Below are positions 45,420 through 46,156 of a DNA stretch of 46,156 nt, one piece after another. The notes below the pieces were generated by a model. It was not told where the DNA came from, ran no database searches, and was given only the letters and a program-made list of their open reading frames with translations. This stretch comes from Octopus bimaculoides (taxonomy: Eukaryota). Location of the stretch: positions 191,714,759 through 191,760,914 of the forward strand of contig NC_068982.1 in NCBI RefSeq assembly GCF_001194135.2, given 5' to 3'. Both the position numbers and the translations under genes were made by a program. Positions within the stretch are counted from its first letter, which is position 1; every line of letters begins with the position of its first letter.

Positions 45420-46156
45420 ACTTTATTGACCTTGGAAGGGTGAAAAGCAAGACTGACTGTGAAAGGATTTGAACTTAGAATATTTGGGCTGCAACAGGTT
45501 AACACTAATGGTTCTGCCAATCTTTCAGCAATTTGCCAAATAAGGTAAAACTTTCCTTCAAGTTCCTGTTAAAAAAATAAACACAGAAACGCTCTGAGTG
45601 TCCTCCAATAATTAACACAGGAACACCATTTAATGAATCTTCAAACTGCTGGTGTCATGTGAAAAGCAGCAAATCCATCAATTGGTTGGCGTTAGGAAGG
45701 GAATCCAGGTGTAGAGACCATTTCAAAGCAGATTATTGGAGCCTGGTGCAGCTCCTGCCAATCCCTCCAACCCATGCCAGTATGGAAAGCAGACATTAAA
45801 TGATGTCGGTGGTGGTGGTGGTAGAATAAATGTTTTGCTGCTAAAATCCTCTTTTCAAAGGAGAGATCATCATCATCGGGTTGGACGATTTGACTGAGGA
45901 CTGGTGAAACCGGATGGCAACACCAGGCTCCAGTCTGATTTGGCAGAGTTTCTACAGCTGGATGCCCTTCCTAACGCCAACCACTCAGAGAGTGTAGTGG
46001 GTGCTTTTACGTGTCACCCGCACGAAAACGGCCACGCTCGAAATGGTGTCTTTTATGTGCCACCCGCACAAGCCAGTCCAGGGGCACTGGCAACGATCTC
46101 GCTCGAAAATCCTACAGGAGCCAGTCAGGCGGTACTGGCAACGGCCACGCTCAAAA

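Larger units (their letters stand above)
3466..46156. repeat. Dispersed 3'-end copies of the (GAT)n-tailed RTE family, in both orientations
   Basis: catcatcatcgtttaacgtc..ccatgctggcatgggttgga..ggatgcccttcctaatgccaaccac at about 3466-3740(-), 4530-4800(-), 5135-5340(-), 5745-6038(+), 8380-8570(+), 9700-9890(+), 9960-10200(-), 12150-12422(+), 12620-13350(-), 17040-17450(-), 23800-24127(+), 27712-27885(-), 27895-28152(+), 30015-30250(-), 32640-32860(+), 36810-37030(-), 39600-39720(-), 41590-41762(+), 45640-45810(+) and 45865-46156(-). Confidence 0.85.

Overview
Eukaryotic, AT-rich, repeat-dense genomic DNA with 8 N-gaps. The SINE/LINE families and microsatellites look like an octopus (coleoid cephalopod) draft assembly; this is inferred from recognising the repeats, not from a database search. 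The window holds almost a whole + strand gene for an RPGR (retinitis pigmentosa GTPase regulator) orthologue, which the ORF track mostly misses. I reconstructed 19 coding exons from 1757 to the stop at 41196. All have canonical AG/GT boundaries and mutually consistent phases (2612 nt, about 869 codons after a phase-1 start). The start exon appears to lie upstream of the window. The protein has an RCC1-like beta-propeller, the RPGR-typical TLSARxRRR and RTLP motifs, a long Glu/Lys-rich tail and a C-terminal CaaX (SRTCLIL*). Introns are filled with several RTE-clade LINE lineages, tRNA-derived SINEs, a deleted Gypsy element, Penelope-like fragments (one with a hammerhead-ribozyme-like motif), a maT fragment, a foldback MITE and a LINE-derived 42-bp minisatellite. 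A degenerate Tc1/mariner (rosa-like) element lies downstream of the gene. The most notable unexplained structures are: a recursive-splice-like AG|GTAAG exon start, a ~0.65-kb inverted duplication around one propeller exon, a 216-bp direct repeat around the CaaX exon, an AviRTE-like LINE and a probable mis-ordered contig. I found no convincing wholly new biological system; the findings are leads.
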